Below, piece after piece: positions 1-7,799 of a DNA stretch of 64,000 nt. Source of the stretch: Puia sp. (GTDB lineage: Bacteria; Bacteroidota; Bacteroidia; Chitinophagales; Chitinophagaceae). Position 1 is the first letter of the stretch, and each line of letters begins with the position of its first letter. The notes beneath the pieces were generated by a model that saw only the letters and a list, made by a program, of their open reading frames with translations, was not told the DNA's origin and searched no databases. The stretch is from NCBI GenBank assembly GCA_035492545.1, contig DATJJD010000146.1, positions 26,866 to 90,865 of the forward strand. The letters run 5' to 3'. Both the position numbers and the translations under genes were made by a program.

Positions 1-2
1 TG

Positions 3-584
3 ATCCTGCCCAACGGATATTATAAATCGCTGGCTGATAAGACCGCTGCAGAACCCTTTCGGGACTGGGTAAAGGCCGGCGGGCGCCTCATTGCCATGGA
101 GACCGCTGTCGAACAATTGTCGAAGATAGAGTGGGGCCTTCGTCAAAAGACCCCGGCGGATAAGAAGGACGATGACAAGGATAAAAAAGACGATGACTAT
201 TCCGTGCTGCACCGGTATGGCAACCGGCAGCGGGAGGAAGTAGCCAGCAGTGTACCTGGCTCAATTTATAAGGTGGAGCTGGATAATTCCCACCCCCTGG
301 CTTTTGGTTACCCGGACTACTATTACACCCTGAAACAGGATGATAATGTGTATGAGTTTATAAAGGAAGGGGGTTGGAATGTTGGATTTATTAAAAAAGA
401 TAATTATGTCAGCGGTTTTACCGGCGTTAAGGCAAAAGAGAAACTGAAGGACGGACTGATCTTCGGGGTGCAGGAACTGGGAAGGGGAGAGATCGTTTAT
501 ATGGCGGACGATCCGCTGTTCAGGAGTTTCTGGGAAAATGGGAAGCTGCTGTTTTGCAATGCTGTGTTTTTAGTAGGGCAGTAA
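3..584 (+). CDS. C-terminal part of a probable M14-family zinc carboxypeptidase (class I glutamine amidotransferase-like C-terminal domain); 5'-truncated by the window edge
   Basis: The frame is open from base 3 (ILPNGYYK...WVKAGGRLIAM...). The C-terminus (HPLAFGY, GRGEIVYMADDPLFRSFWENG) resembles Bacteroidetes M14 peptidase tails. The catalytic domain lies outside the window. Confidence 0.55.
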   Translation: MLPNGYYKSLADKTAAEPFRDWVKAGGRLIAMETAVEQLSKIEWGLRQKTPADKKDDDKDKKDDDYSVLHRYGNRQREEVASSVPGSIYKVELDNSHPLAFGYPDYYYTLKQDDNVYEFIKEGGWNVGFIKKDNYVSGFTGVKAKEKLKDGLIFGVQELGRGEIVYMADDPLFRSFWENGKLLFCNAVFLVGQ

Positions 585-656
585 GACGCCGGCGGCGTCT
601 TGGGCCGTAGGCCCCGACATTAGATTCGGGCGTGAGGCCCACCGGGCCGAAGGCCC
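585..656. repeat. Cluster of short GC-rich palindromes (REP-like)
   Basis: GACGCCGGCGGCGTC (585-599), GGGCCGTAGGCCC (602-614), GGGCGTGAGGCCC (628-640) and GGGCCGAAGGCCC (644-656) in a 95-bp intergenic gap. Confidence 0.5.
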
Positions 657-678
657 GCTCACTTTTAAAAGCATAATA

Positions 679-3159
679 ATGAATAAGGCTTTATTTCACT
701 GTTTAACCCTCTGTCTCTTTGGCGTCTGTCTGGGCCTAAGCTCCGGCTCATTCGCCCAGGCCCCTGCCACCATTACCTCCGCGGAGATCTTCCTTCGGCT
801 GAAAAAATTGAATGTCCTGGGGTCCGTGTTGTATGTAGCCGCTCATCCCGATGACGAAAACTCAAGACTGATCGCCTATATGGCGAAAGAGCGTCTTTTC
901 CGTACGGGGTACCTGTCCATGACGAGAGGAGATGGCGGCCAGAATCTTATCGGGGATGAACAGGGTGTCGAGCTGGGCCTGATCCGTACCCAGGAAATGC
1001 TGGCTGCGCGCAGAGTGGACGGGGCCGACCAATTCTTTGCCCGCGCCTTTGATTTCGGCTTTACCAAATCGACCGACGAAGCCCTGAAGACCTGGGGCAA
1101 AGAAAAAATACTCAGCGACGTTGTGTGGGTGATCCGGAAATTCCAGCCGGATGTCATCATCACCCGTTTCCCCGAAGATGGCCGGGCGGGGCATGGACAT
1201 CACTCCGCTTCCGCCGTGCTGGCCCATGAAGCCTTCACCGCGGCAGCTGACCCTTCCCGTTTCCCCGAACAATTCAAATACGGGGTCCAACCCTGGCAGG
1301 CTAAAAGGATCCTGTGGAATACGTTTAATTTCGGAAGCTTTAACACCACCAGCGACGATCAGCTGAAGATCGACGTGGGGGGCTATAACCCCATTATCGG
1401 AAAAAGCTATGGGGAGCTGGCCGCCGAAAGCCGCACGAATCATAAAAGCCAGGGCGCTGCGCTGACTCCTGCCCGCGGACAGTCCCTGGAATACTTCCGC
1501 GCCGTAGCCGGAGACCCGGCTCACAACGATCCCATGGAGGATGTCGTCACTTCCTGGAGCCGCGTTGCCGGCGGAGAGAAGATAGAGGGCATGGTGGAGA
1601 AGCTTATCCAGGCCTATTCCCTGCTGCACCCCGAGAATGCCGTTCCGGGCCTGGTGGAAGTGTACAAGGCGATCGGGCAGCTGAAAGACGGTTATTGGAA
1701 GACCCAAAAACTGAAGGAAGTACAGCAGCTGATTGAAGCCTGTAGCGGTTTATGGGCGGAGGCCGTGGTACGCAGCCCTTATGCGGTACAGGGAGATTCG
1801 CTGTCGGTGACCTTTGTGCTCAATAACCGGCTCAACGCACCGATAGCCGTTCAGGAAATTTCGGTGGACAACTACGACACGGCCTGGAGACAGTCCCTGG
1901 AAGGAGATAAGAATTATTCTTTTTCGCATAAAATTTTTGTCGCTCCAAACAAGCCGGTCACCCAACCTTACTGGCTGGCGGAAGAAATGTCCCCCGGCTC
2001 TTTCAACGTAAAGGACCAGCGCCTGATCGGCGATCCGCAGAGCGCCCCTGCCTACGAAGTAAAATTCCGGCTGGCCGTCAGCGGCGAGGAGATCGTGATC
2101 ACCCGGCCCATACAATACAAATTCACCGATGCGGTGAAAGGAGAGTTGTATCAACCGCTGACCATTTTGCCCGTTGCCACAGCGCAGTTCGACCCCTCCC
2201 TCCTCCTGTTCACGGATGGAGAAGAGAGGGCGTTCCGGACAGAGGCTGCCGGTTATGGTCCTCATCTATCCTTACCGAAGATGGAGCTTACCCCCACGCC
2301 AGGACTCTCCGTTCAGCAGAAGACGACGATGCCCGCCGGCTCCTGGTCGGCGACGCCCTCCGGTAAAGGAGCAGGGCTGGTGAATGCCCGTTTGCTATTC
2401 GATCACGACGGCCGGAAAGATACGGCCCTTCAATTGAAGACGATTTCTTACGATCATATTCCACGCATCGATTATTTTCCTCCCGCCATAGAAAAATTTG
2501 TCCTGGCCGATGTAAAGACCGCCGGACATCGCATCGGTTATATCGAAGGGGCTGGTGACAAAGTACCGCAGGCACTGGAGCAGATGGGCTATGAAGTGGT
2601 GCTGCTGAAGGAAAAAGACGTCACTGCCGCCACGCTGCGGTCCTTCGACGCTATCCTCACCGGTGTGCGGGCCTATGACGTGCATGACTGGCTAACCGCC
2701 CGTCATGAAGCCCTGATGGATTATGTCAAAGGCGGCGGTAATCTCATCGTTCAGTACAACCGGGACAACCTGGGACAGGTAAACAGCAATATCGGCCCCT
2801 ATGGCTTCGCAGTCTCCAATATTCGCGTAACAGATGAAAATGCCCGCGTGAACTTTTTACAGCCGGAGCACCCGGTGCTGAATTTCCCGAATAAGATCAC
2901 GGACAAAGACTTCGATGGCTGGATACAGGAGAGGGGGATTTATTTTGCCGGACAGATCGACCCGGCCTATGAAACGGTATTATCCATGAAAGATCCGGGC
3001 GAGCAGGAACAGAAAGGCAGCCTGGTGATCGCTAATTTCGGAAAGGGAAAATTCGTGTACACGGGCCTGGTGTTTTTCCGGGAATTACCCGCAGGAGTAC
3101 CGGGGGCATACCGCCTGCTGGCCAATATTATTGCGCTCAATCAAAAGAAAGGATTCTAA
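679..3159 (+). CDS. Exported PIG-L/LmbE-family deacetylase with C-terminal glutamine amidotransferase-like domain
   Basis: N-terminal signal peptide; AHPDDE and HGHH metal-binding motifs; TRGDGGQN and R..EMLAARR PIG-L motifs; C-terminal IGYIEGAGD and GGNLIVQYN segment. Confidence 0.88.
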   Translation: MNKALFHCLTLCLFGVCLGLSSGSFAQAPATITSAEIFLRLKKLNVLGSVLYVAAHPDDENSRLIAYMAKERLFRTGYLSMTRGDGGQNLIGDEQGVELGLIRTQEMLAARRVDGADQFFARAFDFGFTKSTDEALKTWGKEKILSDVVWVIRKFQPDVIITRFPEDGRAGHGHHSASAVLAHEAFTAAADPSRFPEQFKYGVQPWQAKRILWNTFNFGSFNTTSDDQLKIDVGGYNPIIGKSYGELAAESRTNHKSQGAALTPARGQSLEYFRAVAGDPAHNDPMEDVVTSWSRVAGGEKIEGMVEKLIQAYSLLHPENAVPGLVEVYKAIGQLKDGYWKTQKLKEVQQLIEACSGLWAEAVVRSPYAVQGDSLSVTFVLNNRLNAPIAVQEISVDNYDTAWRQSLEGDKNYSFSHKIFVAPNKPVTQPYWLAEEMSPGSFNVKDQRLIGDPQSAPAYEVKFRLAVSGEEIVITRPIQYKFTDAVKGELYQPLTILPVATAQFDPSLLLFTDGEERAFRTEAAGYGPHLSLPKMELTPTPGLSVQQKTTMPAGSWSATPSGKGAGLVNARLLFDHDGRKDTALQLKTISYDHIPRIDYFPPAIEKFVLADVKTAGHRIGYIEGAGDKVPQALEQMGYEVVLLKEKDVTAATLRSFDAILTGVRAYDVHDWLTARHEALMDYVKGGGNLIVQYNRDNLGQVNSNIGPYGFAVSNIRVTDENARVNFLQPEHPVLNFPNKITDKDFDGWIQERGIYFAGQIDPAYETVLSMKDPGEQEQKGSLVIANFGKGKFVYTGLVFFRELPAGVPGAYRLLANIIALNQKKGF

Positions 3160-3162
3160 TCT

Positions 3163-3351
3163 ATGAACCGAAGAAGGGATGTCGCCATTGTAGTGGCCAT
3201 TGTCGTTGGATTGGTAGTCGGACGCTTCATCAAACGGGCGACCTTTGGGTTGGTGGTAGGCCTTGCCGTAGGCCTGTTGGTGGCTTCGCTGATCGCCAAC
3301 CGGGACCGGGAAAGGGACAGACAGCGGGAAAGAGACCGTAACAAAAAATAA
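3163..3351 (+). CDS. Small membrane protein (62 aa) with Arg/Asp/Glu-rich tail
   Basis: Starts 3 bp after the deacetylase stop; two hydrophobic Gly/Val stretches; tail RDRERDRQRERDRNKK. Confidence 0.6.
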   Translation: MNRRRDVAIVVAIVVGLVVGRFIKRATFGLVVGLAVGLLVASLIANRDRERDRQRERDRNKK

Positions 3352-3361
3352 ATTGCACCAT

Positions 3362-3508
3362 ATGCAAATGGACGGATCACCGGAAAGGAATGACGACCTG
3401 GACCAGGTTCCATTATTTAAGAAATGGAGCTATTGGTATGTGTTGGTGATCGGCTTCCTGCTGATCCTGATCGCCTTCTTTTATTTCCTTACCAAACATT
3501 TTTCATGA
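3362..3508 (+). CDS. Small single-pass membrane protein (48 aa), not in the supplied ORF track
   Basis: Hand translation gives MQMDGSPERNDDLDQVPLFKKWSYWYVLVIGFLLILIAFFYFLTKHFS. Its TGA overlaps the symporter ATG (ATGA at 3505-3508). Confidence 0.75.
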   Translation: MQMDGSPERNDDLDQVPLFKKWSYWYVLVIGFLLILIAFFYFLTKHFS

Positions 3509-5241
3509 GCAGTCCCGACTGGATAGTATTGGTCGTTACCTTACTGGGCATCATCGTCTATGGACTATATAAAGGACGTACCAGCAGGGACCTGGATGGC
3601 TATTTTCTCAGCAACCGGACGGTGCCCTGGTATATGGTGCTGCTCAGCATCATGGGCACACAGGCCAGCGCCGTTACCTTCCTTTCTGCTCCGGGTCAGG
3701 CCTATACGGACGGGATGCGGTTTGTTCAATACTATTTTGGGCTGCCCCTGGCCATGGTCGTGCTTTGTATCACGTTTGTGCCCGTGTTCCACCGGCTGAA
3801 GGTCTATACGGCGTATGAGTTCCTGGAACAACGTTTTGACCTGAGGACCCGGTCGCTCACCTCTTTTTTGTTCCTGCTGCAGCGGGGTCTGTCCACCGGT
3901 ATCAGCATTTCGGCCCCCTCCATTATTTTGTCCTCTATCCTGGGATGGGATATCATATGGACCAACATCTTTATGGGAGGCCTGCTGATCATCTATACGG
4001 TGACGGGCGGGGCTAAAGCCGTCGCTTATACGCAACAGCTGCAACTGATCATTATTTTCGGTGGTATGTGTATAGCGGGTTATATGGTCATTCACCGGCT
4101 GCCTCCGACGGTGGGTTTTTCGGAGGTGCTGCACATCGGAGGGAAAGCAGGGAAGCTGAATATCATCACGACGGGTGTGGGGCAAAAAGGCTTTGACTGG
4201 AATGACAAGTATAACCTGCTCAGCGGGGTGATCGGTGGATTTTTCCTGGCTTTGTCCTATTTCGGTACAGACCAGTCACAGGTAGGCCGGTATCTCACGG
4301 CCCGCTCATTAAGCGAGAGCCGCCTTGGCTTGTTGATGAACGGGCTGGTAAAAGTCCCCATGCAATTCCTGATCCTGTTGATAGGCGTATTGGTATTCGC
4401 CTTCTACCAGTTTAATAAGGAGCCTGTTTTCTTCAACCAGTCGCAGATAGATCTGTTGTCAAAATCCAAGTACAAGGATTCCCTGGTGTTGCTCAACAAG
4501 GCCTATGATGCGGCTGAATCGCAGCGGATCAGGAACCTGGTAACGCCGGAGCCCGGCGGAGGCGCGGGCCAGCAGGTAATCCCTGCCACCCCCCGGCAAA
4601 CACAGGGCCAGGTATTGGCCCTGGAGAAGGAAAAGGCAGGGTACAAGGCTACGGTCCGACGTTGGCTGAATGACAAAGAGGTGGGTGGTGATGACAATGA
4701 TACCAATTATATATTCCTTCGTTTCGTCATGGACTATTTGCCTAAGGGATTGATCGGCCTGTTGATCGCCGTTATTTTCCTCGCCGCCTGGGGCTCTATT
4801 GCCGCCACCCTGAATTCGCTTTCTTCCTGCACGATAGTGGACTTCCATAAACGATTCTCCAAAAAAGAGCTTTCCGATGAGCAGGAATACCGTTTGTCGC
4901 AGCTCTATACCTTGTTCTGGGGCATCTTCTGTGTTGCCGTGGCGCAACTGGCCTATAATCTCGGCAACAGCCTCATCGAGGCCGTGAATGTCCTGGGCTC
5001 CCTGTTCTATGGAGTGATACTGGGTATTTTCCTGGTAGCCTTTTACCGGAAGAAAGTAGGGGGGACTGCCGTGTTTATCAGCGCCGTCATCGTGGAGATC
5101 GCGGTGGTTGTCCTAACGATATTGAGCCGGAAAGGCATCATCCACCTGAGCTTTTTATGGTTCAATGTCGTAGGGGCCATCGGAGTGGTATTGCTGAGCG
5201 AGGGTATCCAATGGCTGCGGTCTAAGTTCACTGAAAATTAA
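3505..5241 (+). CDS. Sodium:solute symporter (SSS/SLC5 family)
   Basis: Multi-TM protein with SSS motifs (YFLSNR, S..TFLSAPG, YEFLEQRFD, GTDQSQVGRYL, ATLNSLSS). Start moved to ATG 3505, which overlaps the upstream small ORF. Confidence 0.92.
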   Translation: MSSPDWIVLVVTLLGIIVYGLYKGRTSRDLDGYFLSNRTVPWYMVLLSIMGTQASAVTFLSAPGQAYTDGMRFVQYYFGLPLAMVVLCITFVPVFHRLKVYTAYEFLEQRFDLRTRSLTSFLFLLQRGLSTGISISAPSIILSSILGWDIIWTNIFMGGLLIIYTVTGGAKAVAYTQQLQLIIIFGGMCIAGYMVIHRLPPTVGFSEVLHIGGKAGKLNIITTGVGQKGFDWNDKYNLLSGVIGGFFLALSYFGTDQSQVGRYLTARSLSESRLGLLMNGLVKVPMQFLILLIGVLVFAFYQFNKEPVFFNQSQIDLLSKSKYKDSLVLLNKAYDAAESQRIRNLVTPEPGGGAGQQVIPATPRQTQGQVLALEKEKAGYKATVRRWLNDKEVGGDDNDTNYIFLRFVMDYLPKGLIGLLIAVIFLAAWGSIAATLNSLSSCTIVDFHKRFSKKELSDEQEYRLSQLYTLFWGIFCVAVAQLAYNLGNSLIEAVNVLGSLFYGVILGIFLVAFYRKKVGGTAVFISAVIVEIAVVVLTILSRKGIIHLSFLWFNVVGAIGVVLLSEGIQWLRSKFTEN

Positions 5242-5292
5242 CCCGGGTATATCCCTTTACTTGTTAATTTTAAGAGAACAAAAACTTTATCA

Positions 5293-6741
5293 ATGAAACT
5301 ATTACAGTTAACCTTATCGTTATTCCTGCTAATCGCTGCAGCCTGCGAAAAACAAGCCACTCCTCAATCCTCCCTTACCGGCCCTTCTTCCGGCAATCAC
5401 ACAGGGTTGTTAACCAATGCCGCGACCCTTGCTACCACGGTCGAAAACTTCGAGACGGGAACTAAAGCCAGTTATGCAGCCGCCAATGTAACCCTCGGCA
5501 CCGGTATCTGGAATTTTAATGACGCCCTGATCGGCAACTTGTCCACCGACCAAAAGAACGGATCGCAATCTGCCCGGGTGCGTAACAGCGGCTCTATCTC
5601 CATGCAGTTCGACGTGACAGGCGCCACTTCCGTCACCGTACTACATGCAAAATTTGGTTCGGATGGCAATAGCACCTGGCAGTTATGGTACAGTACCAAT
5701 GGAGGCTCCTCCTACACCCAGACCGGCTCTACCGTCACCACCAGCTCGACTACTTTGCAGACAGCCTCTTTTACCCTCGCGGTAACAGGGAATGTCCGTT
5801 TTCAGATCCGCAAGACAGATGGCAGCAGCAACCGGATAAATTTTGATGACTTCACCGTCAACGGTTCCGGCAGCGGCGGCGGGGGAACAGGAGGCGGAAA
5901 GAAATTCCTGTTTGACGCCACCAAGGCGGAGACAGCCGGCAATGCGGATTGGGTCATCGACGAGGACAACAGCACGCCACAGCGGATACCGACCCCTGCA
6001 CAATCCACCATAACCTCCTCCACGGCAGAGACCTATTGGACGGGCGCCCTGTCCAGCTGGGGTATCGCCCTTGTCAAAACGGGTAATACGGTAGAGACCT
6101 TACCTTCCGGTACGGCTATCACTTACGGGAATACTTCCAACGCGCAGGACCTCTCTCATTATGATGTGTTTGTGGTAGATGAGCCCAATATCCTCTTTAC
6201 CAGCGCAGAGAAAACGGCTATCATAAGTTTTATCAGTAACGGAGGCGGGCTGTTTATGATATCCGACCATACACAGTCGGACCGAAATAATGACGGACAT
6301 GACTCTCCGGAGATCTGGAATGACCTGATGACCAATAACAGCGTCGCCTCCAACCCCTTTGGCTTTAGCATCGACCTCACCAATATTTCCGAGACCACCA
6401 GCAATGTATGGACGGGGGGTAGCAGCAATCCGATCCTGCATGGATCGCAGGGTAATGTGTCCCAACTGCAATTCAACAACGGGGCAACGGTGACCATCAA
6501 CCCCGCCGTCAACAGTACGGTGCAGGGACTGATCTGGCAGAGCGGACAGACACAGAACAACACGCATATCATGTCCGCCTCCTCTACCTACGGCACGGGC
6601 CGTGTTTTTGTCGTCACGGACAGCTCTCCCATGGATGACGGTACCGGGGCTGCCGGCAACACGCTGTTTGTAGGTTGGCCGACCCTGAGTCACACACAGT
6701 TGTTTATGAATGCCTCCTTATGGCTGGCTAAGCTGCAATAA
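5293..6741 (+). CDS. Two-domain lipoprotein: beta-sandwich N-terminal domain plus glutamine amidotransferase-like putative hydrolase domain
   Basis: Lipobox-like LIAAAC; Ser/Thr-rich N-terminal domain; Gly linker GSGSGGGGTGGG; then FLFDATKAETAGNADWVID, VVDEPN, GGGLFMISDH and GRVFVVTDSSP. Confidence 0.6.
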   Translation: MKLLQLTLSLFLLIAAACEKQATPQSSLTGPSSGNHTGLLTNAATLATTVENFETGTKASYAAANVTLGTGIWNFNDALIGNLSTDQKNGSQSARVRNSGSISMQFDVTGATSVTVLHAKFGSDGNSTWQLWYSTNGGSSYTQTGSTVTTSSTTLQTASFTLAVTGNVRFQIRKTDGSSNRINFDDFTVNGSGSGGGGTGGGKKFLFDATKAETAGNADWVIDEDNSTPQRIPTPAQSTITSSTAETYWTGALSSWGIALVKTGNTVETLPSGTAITYGNTSNAQDLSHYDVFVVDEPNILFTSAEKTAIISFISNGGGLFMISDHTQSDRNNDGHDSPEIWNDLMTNNSVASNPFGFSIDLTNISETTSNVWTGGSSNPILHGSQGNVSQLQFNNGATVTINPAVNSTVQGLIWQSGQTQNNTHIMSASSTYGTGRVFVVTDSSPMDDGTGAAGNTLFVGWPTLSHTQLFMNASLWLAKLQ

Positions 6742-6746
6742 TCTTC

Positions 6747-6784
6747 AGGGTCGATCAGCCCCGGCAGGTCGACCCTTTATTTTT
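6747..6784. terminator. Probable intrinsic terminator between convergent genes
   Basis: AGGGTCGA (6747-6754) and TCGACCCT (6769-6776) inverted repeat followed by TTATTTTT. Confidence 0.7.
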
Positions 6785-7133
6785 GCCCCAGGGCTTCTTC
6801 CAGGTTATGATATACGGGAAGGCCCCGTTGCCGGGCGATACGGACATCTTCGTCCGCTCCTTTGGAGGCCCCTTCCAGGCGAAGGACGGCGTCACATTTT
6901 TCCAGGAGGCGGTGAGCTACCGGGTAAGCAATTTCATTATAAGGTGCATCCCCCGGGGCTTTGGATCCGGCCTGCTGAAGCAAGGGCAGCGCCACCCATT
7001 CGCCGATCATGGGAAGGTGACCCGCCCGGAACAAGGGCAGGGCTACTTCTTCCAGGCGTTTGAGGTTTTCGGCCATCTTGGTGGGGTCGTCCCCTGTACC
7101 GCTGCGGTAGGGACCTGCAATGAGGATCATCAT
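6777..7133 (-). CDS. DUF4406-like protein (nucleoside 2-deoxyribosyltransferase-like fold)
   Basis: ILIAGPY start and C-terminal LEKCDAVLRLEGASKGADED...GLPVY, both typical of this family. Confidence 0.7.
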   Translation of the reverse strand: MMILIAGPYRSGTGDDPTKMAENLKRLEEVALPLFRAGHLPMIGEWVALPLLQQAGSKAPGDAPYNEIAYPVAHRLLEKCDAVLRLEGASKGADEDVRIARQRGLPVYHNLEEALGQK

Positions 7134-7186
7134 AAACTATCTTTTTTAGTGCGGTGTAAAAGTATTTCATCCCCGCAGGAAAAGCA

Positions 7187-7202
7187 CTTAAGGTAGATTA
7201 AG
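7187..7202. promoter_or_regulatory. Putative Crp/Fnr-family operator
   Basis: CTTAA-GGTAGA-TTAAG, a perfect 5-6-5 palindrome overlapping the Crp gene stop and 54 bp upstream of the DUF4406-like gene. Confidence 0.5.
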
Positions 7203-7788
7203 AACCTCCCGTCTTTCTCAGCTTGCTGCGGATGACGCTGAGGAACTCGGGTGTTATTCCCAGATAAGAGGCTATCTGCTTTTGCGAAACTTCCTGCATA
7301 AAGGCGGGGTATTTCTCTGCAAAGTTGAGATAGCGCTGCTCAGCGGAGAGACTAAGGTTCTGGATGGATCTCAATTGCTCCCGGATATAGGAGTTTTGCA
7401 TAATGATGCGAAAGAATCGTTCGAATTGGGGGATATCCGTGAACAACCTTTCCAGGTCGTCCTTCTGCAGCTGGAAGATCACGCTGTTTTCCAGCGCATC
7501 GATGTGCATCACCGCCGGGTTGCCGGTGGCAAAGCTGTAGATATCCGTCACCCACCAGTCATGAATAGCGAACATGATGATATTCTCATTGCATTCCTGA
7601 TCGAGATAATAAGCTCGCAAGACCCCGCTGTGGACGTAGTTGATATGTTTGCAGAGTTGTCCTTCCTGCAAGAGTATTTCTTTTTTCTTTACCTCCCGGT
7701 AAGACAGGACGGCAGTGAATCGGGCGGTCTCTTTTTCATCAAGGGTTATGTGTTTGGCGATGTTTTTTAAGATAGCTGAATAGTCCAT
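7198..7788 (-). CDS. Crp/Fnr family transcriptional regulator
   Basis: cNMP-binding-like domain (LLQEGQLC, GVLRAYY, IDALENS) and C-terminal HTH (QKQIASYLGITPEFLSVIR). Start set at ATG 7788. Confidence 0.9.
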   Translation of the reverse strand: MDYSAILKNIAKHITLDEKETARFTAVLSYREVKKKEILLQEGQLCKHINYVHSGVLRAYYLDQECNENIIMFAIHDWWVTDIYSFATGNPAVMHIDALENSVIFQLQKDDLERLFTDIPQFERFFRIIMQNSYIREQLRSIQNLSLSAEQRYLNFAEKYPAFMQEVSQKQIASYLGITPEFLSVIRSKLRKTGGS

Positions 7789-7799
7789 GAAGCATCGGT

